Below, one piece after another: positions 26,442 through 36,408 of a DNA stretch of 64,000 nt (its first letter is position 1; every line of letters begins with the position of its first letter). The notes under the pieces were generated by a model. That model made no database searches. It saw only the letters and a list, made by a program, of their open reading frames with translations, and was not told the DNA's origin. The stretch spans positions 269-64,268 of the forward strand of contig JACPNN010000021.1 of assembly GCA_016185435.1 (NCBI GenBank). Reading direction: 5' to 3'. The DNA comes from Candidatus Aenigmatarchaeota archaeon. Its GTDB lineage: Archaea > Aenigmatarchaeota > Aenigmatarchaeia > QMZP01. The position numbers were made by a program, and so were the translations under genes.

Positions 26442-27677
26442 ATGGTAGAGCCATCCTCGGTGTTCGCAGTCATCAGCGGCATCATAATATTCGGCTTCCT
26501 TGCTGAATTCCTCTTCAGGAAATACCATATACCTGACATACTGCTTCTCGTCATCATGGGCTTCGTCCTCGGCCCATATGTCCTGAAGATTGTCCTGCCT
26601 GAACAGGTTGTCTCCTTTGCCCCCTTCTTCACAACCTTCGCTCTGCTCTTCCTTATTTTCGACGGCGCTTTCAACATAAACCTAGTGTCTTTTGCCAATG
26701 GGCTCACAAGGAGCCTCTCGCTGTCTCTTTTCAACTATATCATATCATTCGCTGCGATAACCGGCATCCTTCTGGCCTTCGGCTTCGACATCCAGACTGC
26801 ATCTCTGCTCGGCCTCATCCTCGGAGGCATCTCCTCGGCCTTTGTGATACCGGTCATCAAGCAGGTGAAGATAACAAAAGATACCTACTCTATCCTGCTT
26901 TTTGAATCAGCCTTCACCGATGTCTTCAGCATAGTCTTCTCGATTGCGGCCATGACAATCATATCCCTGAAGATATTCGACCTGAAGGAAATAGCAAGCA
27001 CCATAGCCTCCCTGTTTGCTGTGGCAGGCTTCATAGGCATAATAGCGGGCATAGCATGGATCATAATCGTGACCAGAATACTGAAGCAGCACAAGTCCTA
27101 CATGCTCACTATAGCATACCTGCTGATAGTCTATACGATAACGGAATTCCTGGGAGGCAATGGGGCGATAGCGGCGCTTTTCCTTGGCCTCATGCTGAAA
27201 AACTCCAGGCAGCTTGCGGAACTGTTTGCGGGAATCAGGAAGCAGGAGGCCGCCGACGGCAACAATAAGGAAAAGAAGATATTCATCTCTGTCACCTCGC
27301 CTGAAGAGGAATTCTTCTACTCCCAGATATCCTTCTTCCTGAAGACCTTCTTTTTTGCATATATTGGGATCCTGTTCAACCCCACAGATATCAATTCCCT
27401 TCTTATAGGCGCAGCAATAGCCTTTTCCCTGCTGGTAGCCAGGAACGCATCATCCCTCCTCACCAAAAGTCTTCCTGCTTTCGACAGGAGAATGGTCAAC
27501 TCCATTTTCGCAAGGGGCCTGGCGGCAGCAGTCGTGGCCCAGCTTGCAATTCAATATAACATCCCTCAGGCTGACATGATACTCAGGATTGTCTACACTG
27601 CTATCATCTTTTCCATAATCCTCAGCTCTGCAAGGATATTCATGGTGATGAATAAGGAGAAAGGTGTTGCCTCATGA
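26442..27677 (+). CDS. cation:proton antiporter (CPA1/NhaP-type Na+/H+ exchanger)
   Basis: ~12 predicted TM segments with Na+/H+ exchanger-like composition. Confidence 0.55.
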   Translation: MVEPSSVFAVISGIIIFGFLAEFLFRKYHIPDILLLVIMGFVLGPYVLKIVLPEQVVSFAPFFTTFALLFLIFDGAFNINLVSFANGLTRSLSLSLFNYIISFAAITGILLAFGFDIQTASLLGLILGGISSAFVIPVIKQVKITKDTYSILLFESAFTDVFSIVFSIAAMTIISLKIFDLKEIASTIASLFAVAGFIGIIAGIAWIIIVTRILKQHKSYMLTIAYLLIVYTITEFLGGNGAIAALFLGLMLKNSRQLAELFAGIRKQEAADGNNKEKKIFISVTSPEEEFFYSQISFFLKTFFFAYIGILFNPTDINSLLIGAAIAFSLLVARNASSLLTKSLPAFDRRMVNSIFARGLAAAVVAQLAIQYNIPQADMILRIVYTAIIFSIILSSARIFMVMNKEKGVAS

Positions 27678-27809
27678 TAATGCCCTTGCTGATTGTTTTC
27701 TTCAGCAGTCCGTCAAAAGCGAGGTAGCATCTCTTGATTGCAGTGGATTTTTTCAAAAAGAACAACACAAAGCAATGAGGATATTGGAGGAGACATGACT
27801 GACAGTTCC

Positions 27810-27893
27810 TCACCAATATTAACACCCAACCACAATTTCTTTTATGGCTCCAATCCTTTATCAGTATTTCCTGAATTTCCCCCTAAGGTCAGA
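27810..27893 (+). repeat. ~80-bp direct repeat copy 1: duplicate of the BatA-like gene start region
   Basis: tcaccaatattaacacccaaccacaatttcttttatggctccaat...ttcctgaa aligns at ~85% with 29220-29297, which contains the real start (MASILDQYFLNPY) of gene 29254-31107; copy 1 would encode MAPILYQYFLNFP then stop. Confidence 0.65.
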
Positions 27894-27898
27894 AGTTT

Positions 27899-28264
27899 CT
27901 ATGTATGGCCTTTATTCTCCAGCACAACCCTGTTCTCATCCAGGTCCATAAAAAGCGTCAGCCCAAAGAGCATCTCAGTTCCCATCAGCCCATCCTCAGA
28001 TTCCGTTGCAACGGCCTGCACGATTCGCTCTCTCCCAAACCAGCTGATTTTCCCACTATAGATGGTGGTTTCCACGATGGAGCCGTCTGCAAGTTCCGCT
28101 TCTGACTTCATGCTGTATTTGAAGCCCAAACCCTCAAGCATGAGACGGGGCAGCATCAATTCCCCGTTGAATCCCGTATCAACCACGACGCTGATTTTCT
28201 TTCCTGATATGGGGATTTCTATGTGAGGGGAGAAGGATTCATCAAAGGAACCCTCGATTTTCAT
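27899..28264 (-). CDS. retropepsin-like (clan AA) aspartic protease
   Basis: VVDTGFNGELMLP contains the D-T/S-G catalytic triad in retropepsin context; ~120 aa, consistent with homodimeric retropepsin-like proteases. Confidence 0.55.
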   Translation of the reverse strand: MKIEGSFDESFSPHIEIPISGKKISVVVDTGFNGELMLPRLMLEGLGFKYSMKSEAELADGSIVETTIYSGKISWFGRERIVQAVATESEDGLMGTEMLFGLTLFMDLDENRVVLENKGHT

Positions 28265-28265
28265 A

Positions 28266-28538
28266 TTATAGTGATGTGCGGTGTTTGAAGCTCACAGCAG
28301 CTTTGTAGCCTACCTTTGCGAGGAAGAATCTTTTGCCTGGATGTTCAGCGGCTGCCCTTTCATAGGCCTCGGACATTGTGTGGCCCAAGTAGTAGGCGCC
28401 GGAGTCAGGTTCAATGGCTACGTATTCTCCTTTGTGCTCCTGCTCAAGGATGGCTTTGAGACTGGTCTCGTAAATCCTTTTGCCTCTGCTCACAAGCTCG
28501 CCATTCCCTGCATCCCCTGTTTTCTGCATTATGGTCAC
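28266..28538 (-). CDS. small conserved partner protein of retropepsin-like protease
   Basis: 90-aa ORF; stop 1 bp from the protease start codon; no catalytic motif. Confidence 0.35.
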   Translation of the reverse strand: MTIMQKTGDAGNGELVSRGKRIYETSLKAILEQEHKGEYVAIEPDSGAYYLGHTMSEAYERAAAEHPGKRFFLAKVGYKAAVSFKHRTSL

Positions 28539-28635
28539 CCATTATCATTTGCTGAAAGGCCTTAAAAAGGAAAAATTTATGCCAGCCGCACATCCCCTTC
28601 CAGTGAGATGCCATCTGCAAGACGCTAGTAGTATC

Positions 28636-29020
28636 CGTTCGGTAAGAAGCAAGGGGTACAATGTAAACCTTTTGTAGGCGCTATAAATCCAAAAGGTTTA
28701 ATCCAAAAACGTGGTTGCTGGGGGGGGGTATATTGGGGAAATTCGTATATGTTCGGCAAGAAGCGAGGGGTAGAATGTGAACCTTTTCGAGATGAATTCG
28801 TTAAAAGGTTCAATCCAAAACAAACATCTGTAATGTTGGTTGCTCAGGGGAATAATGGGGAAATTCGTATATGTTCGGCAAGAAGCGAGGGGTAGAATGT
28901 GAACCTTTTCGAGATGAATTCGTTAAAAGGTTCAATCCAAAACAAACATCTGTAATGTTGGTTGCTCAGGGGAATAATGGGGGAGTTCGTACATGTTCGG
29001 CAAGAAGCAAGGGGTATAAT
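28636..29020 (+). repeat. tandem repeat, ~122-bp unit x ~3.5 (diverged partial unit, two near-identical full units, one partial)
   Basis: Units start at 28711 (124 bp), 28835 (122 bp) and 28957 (partial). Unit = gttggttgctcaggggaataatggggaaattcgtatatgttcggcaagaagcgaggggtagaatgtgaaccttttcgagatgaattcgttaaaaggttcaatccaaaacaaacatctgtaat. Unit length is not a multiple of 3. Confidence 0.8.
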
Positions 29021-29219
29021 GGGGACGGCACGTCCCCATGCTGGAGGCCCCATGGGACAGCATGTCCCCATAAGTGCAGTTTTGTTTTGGAATCGATAGC
29101 GCCGAAGTTAATGGATATGGAACTTTCCTTCAAGCTCATGGATGCCAACCCTTGGAATCCGGGCATGTTTTGAGGAATAAGCGCCCGCATTTGCCGCACA
29201 GTAGGGATATGAGAAATAT

Positions 29220-29297
29220 TCACCAATATTAACACCCTTCCACAATTTCTTTTATGGCGTCAATACTCGATCAATACTTCCTGAACCCCTACGGCCT
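29220..29297 (+). repeat. ~80-bp direct repeat copy 2 (authentic BatA-like gene start)
   Basis: See 27810-27893. Confidence 0.65.
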
Positions 29298-31107
29298 TTT
29301 AGGCCTGCTGGCCCTCATCCCTCTCATAATAATCTATCTCAAGAGGCCCAGGCCGAGGAAGATTGCCTTCCCGTCCATAGAGTTCATCATGGGCGCCAGG
29401 AAGAGGAAGAGCCTCTTTAGCTTCCTGAGCTACTTCATACAGGATTACCTTTTCCTCCTTCAGGTGCTGATATTCATAATATTTGCCGCAGCAATGGCCT
29501 ACCCGTATGTGAGCATGAAGCAGAGCGAAGCAGTATCAAATGCAGTGATTATACTGGACGCCTCGGCAAGCATGCAGACAATCCATAAGGACAATACAGG
29601 AGTTGAAATCGATAAACGGACACGCTTTGAAAGGGCCAAGCAGACAGCCGTACAGAACCTTGCTGATATCAACACAGTCATACTTGCCGCTGATTTTCCT
29701 GAGGCCCTTGTAACTGAAGCTGACAAAGGAACTGCCACAAGGCTGATCCAGGAAGCCAGGCCAAAATCAACCCTGACGAACCTCTATGATGCAATGATAC
29801 TGGGCGATGATTACCTGGAAGGCAAGCAGGGCAAAGTTGTCGTTATAAGCGATTTCCTGCACAATGCCAATGACAGGAGCCTCCTGACAGCAAGGAGCAT
29901 CCTTGAATCCAAAGGCATTGCCGTGGAATTCAGGAGCCTGGCAGGCAACGCCAGCAACGCCGGTATAGTTGACGTGAAGGTTGAAGGAAAGAAAGTGAGA
30001 ATCAAGGTGAAAAATTTCAATCAGAAGCCTCTTGCATCCACAGTGGCATATGGGGAGACATCAAAAACATTCAATATCGACCCGTTAGGCCTGGAAAGCA
30101 TAGAGCTGGACGCCAGGGAAGGCGCATCAGAAATAAGCCTCCTGCCAGAAGATGACTTCATGCCTGACAACAGGGCCTACATAAGCATGCAGCAGAACGC
30201 TTCAGTCAGGCTCCTGCTGATAACAAACAACAGGAGCAGATTCCTTTACACAGCCCTGGAGCTCCTTCCGGGAGTGAAAGTGGATGTCGCTGAGCCGCCG
30301 GTGATACCAAGACTTGACTATGAAATCTTTATCCTGCATAACATAGAGCCAGGCAAGCTTCTGCCCGGCGCCGTGAAGGATATCGCTGAAAAGGTGGGCA
30401 AGGGAGCCGGCGTTGTCATCGCAGCGCACAGGGGAATGGAGAACATAGACTACAGGGAACTGGTGGATTTGCAGGCAAAAAGGGTGAAGAAGCCTCTGCA
30501 GGCAATAAGGAAAGAGTCCAGGCTCACGGAAGGGATGGATTTCGGCCGGGTCGGGGAATATTATGACGTCAGCTTCCCCAACACTACAGAGCTCGCTTAT
30601 GGCAATGACGGCAATCGCTCTGCGCCTCTGATAGCCTTTGCCGCAAAGGGCTCAGGCACAATACTATACTACGGCCTTGATGAGGCATCATCATCATTCC
30701 ATTATGAGCTCCTCTATCCTGTCTTCTGGAAGCGGATGATAGAGCAGATGGCAGGCAAGCTCGATGAGCGGCAGCTGAACATGAAGACAGGCAGCATACT
30801 GTCCCTTGACGGATTGAAGGAGGTTGAATATCCTGACGGTTCAAAAAGCGCCTCAAAAACCCTTGTGCTGGACCAGTCAGGGATATACACTATCAGGCCT
30901 GAGGGGAAAAAGATTGCGGCAAACCTGGCCCAGGAGATGGAGTCGGCAGTAAGCTCAGCCTTTGCTTCAGAAGAGTCAAAAAAGCTTCTGTCTCCAGCAG
31001 CCCAGGAAAGAGAGGCCAAGGTTGAAATGACACATCTTGCCGCTCTGCTCCTGCTCCTGCTCCTTTTCCTTGAATTGTTTATACTGAAATACAGGGGAGA
31101 CGTGTGA
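29254..31107 (+). CDS. BatA-like membrane protein with von Willebrand factor A domain
   Basis: N-terminal aerotolerance-regulator-type TM region (YFLNPYGLLGLLALIPLIIIYL); vWA start VIILDASASMQT; C-terminal TM. Confidence 0.55.
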   Translation: MASILDQYFLNPYGLLGLLALIPLIIIYLKRPRPRKIAFPSIEFIMGARKRKSLFSFLSYFIQDYLFLLQVLIFIIFAAAMAYPYVSMKQSEAVSNAVIILDASASMQTIHKDNTGVEIDKRTRFERAKQTAVQNLADINTVILAADFPEALVTEADKGTATRLIQEARPKSTLTNLYDAMILGDDYLEGKQGKVVVISDFLHNANDRSLLTARSILESKGIAVEFRSLAGNASNAGIVDVKVEGKKVRIKVKNFNQKPLASTVAYGETSKTFNIDPLGLESIELDAREGASEISLLPEDDFMPDNRAYISMQQNASVRLLLITNNRSRFLYTALELLPGVKVDVAEPPVIPRLDYEIFILHNIEPGKLLPGAVKDIAEKVGKGAGVVIAAHRGMENIDYRELVDLQAKRVKKPLQAIRKESRLTEGMDFGRVGEYYDVSFPNTTELAYGNDGNRSAPLIAFAAKGSGTILYYGLDEASSSFHYELLYPVFWKRMIEQMAGKLDERQLNMKTGSILSLDGLKEVEYPDGSKSASKTLVLDQSGIYTIRPEGKKIAANLAQEMESAVSSAFASEESKKLLSPAAQEREAKVEMTHLAALLLLLLLFLELFILKYRGDV

Positions 31108-31129
31108 TGAAAGAATATGGGGATAACAC

Positions 31130-33514
31130 ATGGCAGGCATAGAATTGGTCTCGCCTGAATGGCTTTTATTGGCAGTTCCTTTGCTGGCAATAATCATAGC
31201 CGTATCCAGAAAAAATATTTTCAAATTAAGCGAGAGGCAGGACAGCAGCCTCTTCACCATCATCTTCAGGAGCCTTGCGGTTTTGCTTATAATCGCATCC
31301 CTTTCCCATCCGGTCTATATATCAAAAGGCCTGGCTCAGGTCCCTCCGACAGCAAGGCTCCTGATCGACAGCTCTGATTCAATGAAAATATTTGACACGT
31401 CCTTCATCCCGAAGCTGGAGGAAAGCCTTGCGAAAGAGCTGCCCCTCGATGTCAAAGTGATAGCCAATGGAACAGAATCGAGGATAGGCGATGGCATCAT
31501 GTCCAGCCTTGCAGACCAGTCAGGCCTCCTCCTCATATCCGACGGCCAGGCAACTGATGGCTCAGGCCTTTCAGACGCCGGCCTTCTTGCCTCCAAGCTG
31601 AACGCTTCCATCAGCGCTATCAGGCTCATTCCGGCTGTCAGGGATGCGGGCGTCACTATTACCGCCCCTTCCAAGACAGCCAAAGGCGTGGAGACCCAGC
31701 TCCTGGTCGAGGTCAATGGAATAGAAGGCATCGATCGTCCAACAGGGAAAATAGACGTGGAAATAGACGGCCAGAATGTGAAAAGTTCTCCCTTGACAGA
31801 GAAATCCTTTGTGATTTCAAAGCGATTTGAGGCAGAAGGCAGCCATGTGATCAGGGCAAAGATAACGCCTGATGATGATTTTTTTGAAGCAAACAATGAG
31901 TTCTACAAGACCATCAAGGTTGTAGGGAAGCCAAAGGTGGCATACATAGGCGACAAAAGCAACCCATTGCTTGAGATCCTCGGCCAGCTCTACAGCACTG
32001 ACACATTTGACAATATCCCTTCCAAGGATGAGCTGGACAAGTACCATGCATTGATAATTAATGATATGCCTGCAAAGGGCATCAGGAATATAGACGCCCT
32101 CAAGGATTTCATAGCCGACGGCAACGGCCTCGCGGTTATCGGCGGCTTCAATTCCTATGATTTCGCTGATTACAGGAACTCGGCCTTTGAAGCCCTGCTT
32201 CCCGTCAGGATTGGACAAGGGGCAGAGAAAAGAGGGAGTGCGAATGTCATCCTGCTGGTGGACATATCGGGCAGCACCACAGAGTCGACAGCAAAAGGGG
32301 CAGTGATAGTTGATGTCGAAAAAGCCCTTGCTGTAAATATAGCAGACGTCCTCTCGTCCAGGAATTCTGTAGGATCTGTGGCATTCAATACTGAAAGCTA
32401 TATCGTCTCGGATCTGGAGATCCTGCGGGATTCAAAGGACAGGCTGATCTCAAGGATATCGAGGCTGAAGAATGGAGGAGGAACCTCAATAAGCACAGGG
32501 CTGGGAGGGGCGTACAGGATGCTGAAAGGAAGGCAGGGCAGCAACAATATTATATTGATTTCCGACGGGGTTTACAACTTCGATCTGGACAAGGAAAAGA
32601 GCCTGCAGATCGCCAGACTTCTGAAAGATGAAGGCATAAAGCTTTATACCATAGGCGTCGGTGCAAACCACAAGAAATCCTTTCTCTCAGAGCTGGCATC
32701 TCTGACTAATGGCATTTACCTCTCAGCGGACGAATCCAATAAGCTGTCTGTCGTTTTTGGAGAGAAAGGGGAGCTTCCAAGAGGCAGCACATTCGAGCTG
32801 CTTGTGATAGACTCTACCCATTTCATCACCCAGGGCCTTCACCCAAGGCCTTTGCTCGATGCCTACAATAAGGTCATCCCAAAGGAAGGGGCCAGGCTGC
32901 TCGTCACTACAGGCAATGGCGACCCGGCCCTTACCGTATGGAGGTACGGGCTTGGAAGAGTAGCCTCTCTTAATGCCTTCACCTCTGACAATAACCTGGG
33001 CCAGCTCCTGTCGAAGGATAACTCCAAGCTGATCGCAAGGATGCTGAACTGGAACATAGGGGATCCTGAAAGGAAGCTGGATGAATCGGTCGATGCAAGC
33101 GATGCCAGGATAGGCGAAACAGTCACAATAAAGGTCAGGACAAAGGGCTACCCAAAATCAAACCTGACCTTTTTCAAGGCAGGGGAGGACACATATCTGG
33201 CCAGAACCCGCCATTACCATGCAGGCATATACTCGGTAGAGTCGGCCAAATATGCTGTCAATTATGAGAAGGAATATGAAAACCTTGGCATGAGCAAACA
33301 GCTTGAGACCATAATTCAATTGAGCGGCGGAAGATTATTTAACCAGAGCGACACAAATAGCATACTTGAACTGCTGAGATCAGGGGCAAAAAAGGAGCAG
33401 ATAGTTGAGAATAACATAAGCTGGCTCTTCCTGCTCCTTGGGATGCTGGCATACCTCGCCGAGGTGGCCTTAAGGAGGCTTGACCTATGGAAAAATATTT
33501 TCAGAAAAGCCTGA
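31130..33514 (+). CDS. BatB-like large vWA-domain membrane protein
   Basis: N-terminal LVSPEWLLLAVPLLAIIIAV TM; MIDAS-type vWA motif VILLVDISGSTTEST; C-terminal TM. Confidence 0.55.
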   Translation: MAGIELVSPEWLLLAVPLLAIIIAVSRKNIFKLSERQDSSLFTIIFRSLAVLLIIASLSHPVYISKGLAQVPPTARLLIDSSDSMKIFDTSFIPKLEESLAKELPLDVKVIANGTESRIGDGIMSSLADQSGLLLISDGQATDGSGLSDAGLLASKLNASISAIRLIPAVRDAGVTITAPSKTAKGVETQLLVEVNGIEGIDRPTGKIDVEIDGQNVKSSPLTEKSFVISKRFEAEGSHVIRAKITPDDDFFEANNEFYKTIKVVGKPKVAYIGDKSNPLLEILGQLYSTDTFDNIPSKDELDKYHALIINDMPAKGIRNIDALKDFIADGNGLAVIGGFNSYDFADYRNSAFEALLPVRIGQGAEKRGSANVILLVDISGSTTESTAKGAVIVDVEKALAVNIADVLSSRNSVGSVAFNTESYIVSDLEILRDSKDRLISRISRLKNGGGTSISTGLGGAYRMLKGRQGSNNIILISDGVYNFDLDKEKSLQIARLLKDEGIKLYTIGVGANHKKSFLSELASLTNGIYLSADESNKLSVVFGEKGELPRGSTFELLVIDSTHFITQGLHPRPLLDAYNKVIPKEGARLLVTTGNGDPALTVWRYGLGRVASLNAFTSDNNLGQLLSKDNSKLIARMLNWNIGDPERKLDESVDASDARIGETVTIKVRTKGYPKSNLTFFKAGEDTYLARTRHYHAGIYSVESAKYAVNYEKEYENLGMSKQLETIIQLSGGRLFNQSDTNSILELLRSGAKKEQIVENNISWLFLLLGMLAYLAEVALRRLDLWKNIFRKA

Positions 33515-33996
33515 ACACATATCTTGCAGCCGCATTCGTCGCGGTGCTTATAGCGCTGAGCATATATGCCGTCTACTACCAGAACATTTTCGGGACCATA
33601 ACGCAGAATCTCAGCTCATGCACCTCCCAGTTCCAGTACTGCTCCTCGAAGCTGCAGGCAGCCCAGACAGAGCTTGACACCAAAGCCAAGGACCTTTCAA
33701 GGCTCCAGGGACTGTATGACAGCCTCCAGACCTCCTACACCGTCCAGACAGGCGAGCTTGAGGCTAAGAAGAAGGATCTTGAGAAGACTACTGCCGAGCT
33801 GACCAGCCTGAAGAACCTTTATGTGGAGAGGCAGATAGAACTTGAAAAGATGAAGAAACAGCTGTCAAGCATGGCGGAGGAGGCAAAGGCGCTCAATGCA
33901 AGGATAAGGGAACTCGAGCTGTCTATGGCAAGCTGCAAGAGCCAGCTTAGCACATGCCAGACTAACCTGGCCAACACGACGAATTCGACTGGGTAA
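33487..33996 (+). CDS. membrane-anchored coiled-coil protein
   Basis: N-terminal TM then heptad-rich Q/L/E/K region. Confidence 0.4.
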   Translation: MEKYFQKSLNTYLAAAFVAVLIALSIYAVYYQNIFGTITQNLSSCTSQFQYCSSKLQAAQTELDTKAKDLSRLQGLYDSLQTSYTVQTGELEAKKKDLEKTTAELTSLKNLYVERQIELEKMKKQLSSMAEEAKALNARIRELELSMASCKSQLSTCQTNLANTTNSTG

Positions 33997-34005
33997 CTGA
34001 TTTGC

Positions 34006-34692
34006 ATGAAAAAACTGATTCTGTTTGATATTGACAATACCTTATCTGTTGCCTCTAAAGCGCATATGGAGGCCTTTTCCCTTGCGATGAAGGATGTGTA
34101 TGGTATTGAAGGGAGCGTATGGGATGTCAAGTATTACGGAAAGACAGACTGGCAGATAATAATGGAGGCTCTGAAGGAGAAGGGGATACCTGGGAAAAGG
34201 ATAAGATCAGGGCTGAAGGAATGCATGAAGAGGATGGTTGAATATTACAGCAAAATGGCTGGCAATGACAAAATCGTCCTGATGGATGGCGTAAAAGAGC
34301 TGCTGAAAGGGCTCGAAGGGCATGGCATTCTTATGGGCCTCGTGACAGGGAATCTTGAAGAGATAGCATGGGCGAAAATGGAGAGGCTGGGGATAAGGCG
34401 CTACTTCAAGGCCGGCGGCTTCGGGAGCGATGACAAAAGCAGGGCAAAGCTTGTCAGAATTGCCATAAGAAGGATGGAAAAGCACTTTGGCCATATCCCA
34501 AGGGAAAACATTTTCGTGATAGGGGACACGCCGCTGGATGTGAAGGCCGGCAGGGAGGCCGGGATAAAAACGATAGCTGTGGCCACAGGGGTATATGCAA
34601 AGGATGAGCTTATGAGCGGAGAAGGAGGAGGGGCTGATTTTGCTCTGGAAAACTTAAAGGATACCGCTGCTGTGCTGGAAATAGTTCTATGA
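34006..34692 (+). CDS. HAD-superfamily hydrolase (subfamily IA, phosphoglycolate phosphatase-like)
   Basis: LILFDIDNTL motif I, GLVTGN motif II, GDTPLDVKAG motif IV. Confidence 0.6.
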   Translation: MKKLILFDIDNTLSVASKAHMEAFSLAMKDVYGIEGSVWDVKYYGKTDWQIIMEALKEKGIPGKRIRSGLKECMKRMVEYYSKMAGNDKIVLMDGVKELLKGLEGHGILMGLVTGNLEEIAWAKMERLGIRRYFKAGGFGSDDKSRAKLVRIAIRRMEKHFGHIPRENIFVIGDTPLDVKAGREAGIKTIAVATGVYAKDELMSGEGGGADFALENLKDTAAVLEIVL

Positions 34693-34745
34693 CTTGTTCG
34701 TTTATATGACATTGAAATAAGTACTCAACTTGCTAATTTACAATT

Positions 34746-35483
34746 ATGGACATCCAGGAAATGTTCAGGGCCATGGAGGGAGAGAGGCTTAAAATAGCGC
34801 TCTTTAAGTCTGCCCTCAACTCCATGCTTGTTTTCCTCGCATCCAATCTTATAGCCTCAGCTTTCAGCCTCCTTGCCCTGAGCCTGCTGCTGGCTTTTCT
34901 CACTTTTTTCGCCAGCCTCTATTTCTATGCTAAGCGCTACAGCATGGGCTATATTGAGGCCAGGAACCCGCAGCTGAAGGAGATGCTCACCACGGCCAGG
35001 GAAAACATTTCAAGAAAGGACGTGCTTACAGGCATACTTTTCAGGCAGGTTCTGGCCCGGGCCAGGACAATATCCTTCGAGGCCATGGCAAGCATCAACA
35101 CGGTCTATCTGCGTGTCTTTATCATAGTCATCCTTGCGTTTGCAACCACCCAGATATCCCCAGCCTATGTGGCCGGCCAGATAGAAAGCTTTGGCAAGTA
35201 TTTTTCAGGCAAGAAGGTTGTGATGGATGTGGAGCTCAAGAACAGCGAGGACATATTCGGGGAGGAGAGGCTGATAAGGCTGGGCAATGACACCCTCCAG
35301 CTGGCCCTTCAGGCCTCCAACAACGAGATAGACCTGAATTCAGCGGAGGAGCCTGACAAAAAGGCCTTCGAAAGAAGCGAGTTCATGTTTGACGTTGAAG
35401 GCTCAGCGGCAGAGACGAGCCAGGAGAAGCTGCCTGAGGACTTCGAGCTGGTGAAGGCGTACAGTTTGAAGATAAGGGAATGA
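34746..35483 (+). CDS. membrane protein of unknown function
   Basis: Two to three hydrophobic helices then acidic C-terminal tail; its last 35 nt are duplicated at 36409-36443. Confidence 0.4.
   Translation: MDIQEMFRAMEGERLKIALFKSALNSMLVFLASNLIASAFSLLALSLLLAFLTFFASLYFYAKRYSMGYIEARNPQLKEMLTTARENISRKDVLTGILFRQVLARARTISFEAMASINTVYLRVFIIVILAFATTQISPAYVAGQIESFGKYFSGKKVVMDVELKNSEDIFGEERLIRLGNDTLQLALQASNNEIDLNSAEEPDKKAFERSEFMFDVEGSAAETSQEKLPEDFELVKAYSLKIRE
35445..35479 (+). repeat. 35-bp perfect direct repeat copy 1 (3' end of gene 34746-35483)
   Basis: gagctggtgaaggcgtacagtttgaagataaggga identical at 36409-36443. Confidence 0.85.
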
Positions 35484-35796
35484 TATTGAAGCATAGATGG
35501 GGCGGCTTTGTGACAAAACTAGTTATGATCTCTATGAAAAAACTAATCATATCTCTCCTTCTATTTATCATTTGTTTGTCTACCAATAAATACCTCCAGG
35601 ACCAAATATATAGCAGAGCTGTTGTGCAAAAACACGATCCAGTACATGCTTTTCAGCATGGATATTCAATCGAAGAAATATTGCCGCAATAAAGGGAGTC
35701 TACTTTTCTTCTGGATGGGTATTTGAGTTTTGTCGCAAGCCCTAGATGGGGCAGAACCTTTAAATATCCAGAATATAATATTTCAATAGAGATATC

Positions 35797-36075
35797 ATGG
35801 AAGAGCCATCGGTCTATCCGCACTATCAGGACAGGCCGATAATCCCTTCTCACATGTCTCAGAGGGAGATGGACTCTTTGCGGATGGATCTGTGGAAGGT
35901 CAAAGAAATACTGGAAGGCGGTTATGACTGCTCTGTCAGCAGAAGAAAGCCAAACATCATTGAGAAGTGCATCAGGAAAAAGGGCAAGGAGATCAGGGTT
36001 GTTGTCGCCCTGATTGAGTGGGAGAATAAAAGCTTTTGGAGGTTAATCCATGTCGGCAAAACAGGTAAACATTGA
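35797..36075 (+). CDS. DUF4258-like putative toxin
   Basis: SHMSQREM...KGKEIRVVVALIEWENKSFWRLIHV resembles the DUF4258 pattern (N-terminal HxxxR(M), C-terminal HVVVA...(I)ITV). Confidence 0.4.
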   Translation: MEEPSVYPHYQDRPIIPSHMSQREMDSLRMDLWKVKEILEGGYDCSVSRRKPNIIEKCIRKKGKEIRVVVALIEWENKSFWRLIHVGKTGKH

Positions 36076-36385
36076 CAAATGGGAGAAAATACCCTGCGAG
36101 TGCGGGAAGATGGCAGATAAGGCCAGCTTAACCTACAGGAATTATCAGGTGAGAGGCTGGAAATGCCATAAATGCGGCAAAAGTTACATACATCCTGCCG
36201 ATTCGCTAAAGATAAGCAAGCTCGAGAAGCTTTCTGGCATGAAGGTCAAGATAGGCGTTGTCGGCCAGAGCCTCGTGCTTCGGATACCCAAGAGCATGGC
36301 AGAGTTATATGATCTGGAGAAGGGGGAACTTGTGGAGCTTGTGCCTGAGGACCTGAAGAGGCTGGAAATAAAAATCAAGGGCTGA
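36050..36385 (+). CDS. Zn-ribbon plus AbrB/SpoVT-like swapped-hairpin DNA-binding protein (putative antitoxin/regulator)
   Basis: CECGK...CHKCGK zinc ribbon, then KIGVVGQSLVLRIPKSMAEL AbrB/MazE-like motif; overlaps upstream ORF. Confidence 0.45.
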   Translation: MSAKQVNIDKWEKIPCECGKMADKASLTYRNYQVRGWKCHKCGKSYIHPADSLKISKLEKLSGMKVKIGVVGQSLVLRIPKSMAELYDLEKGELVELVPEDLKRLEIKIKG

Positions 36386-36408
36386 CTTGGCCAAACTAGC
36401 CAAATTCT

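Noticed and set aside
28636-29020. Tandem repeats as a CRISPR array or tRNA-related
   Set aside because: Units are ~122 bp with no alternating variable spacers, so not CRISPR. The GGTTCAATCC stretch resembles a T-loop but no acceptor, D or anticodon arms can be formed.
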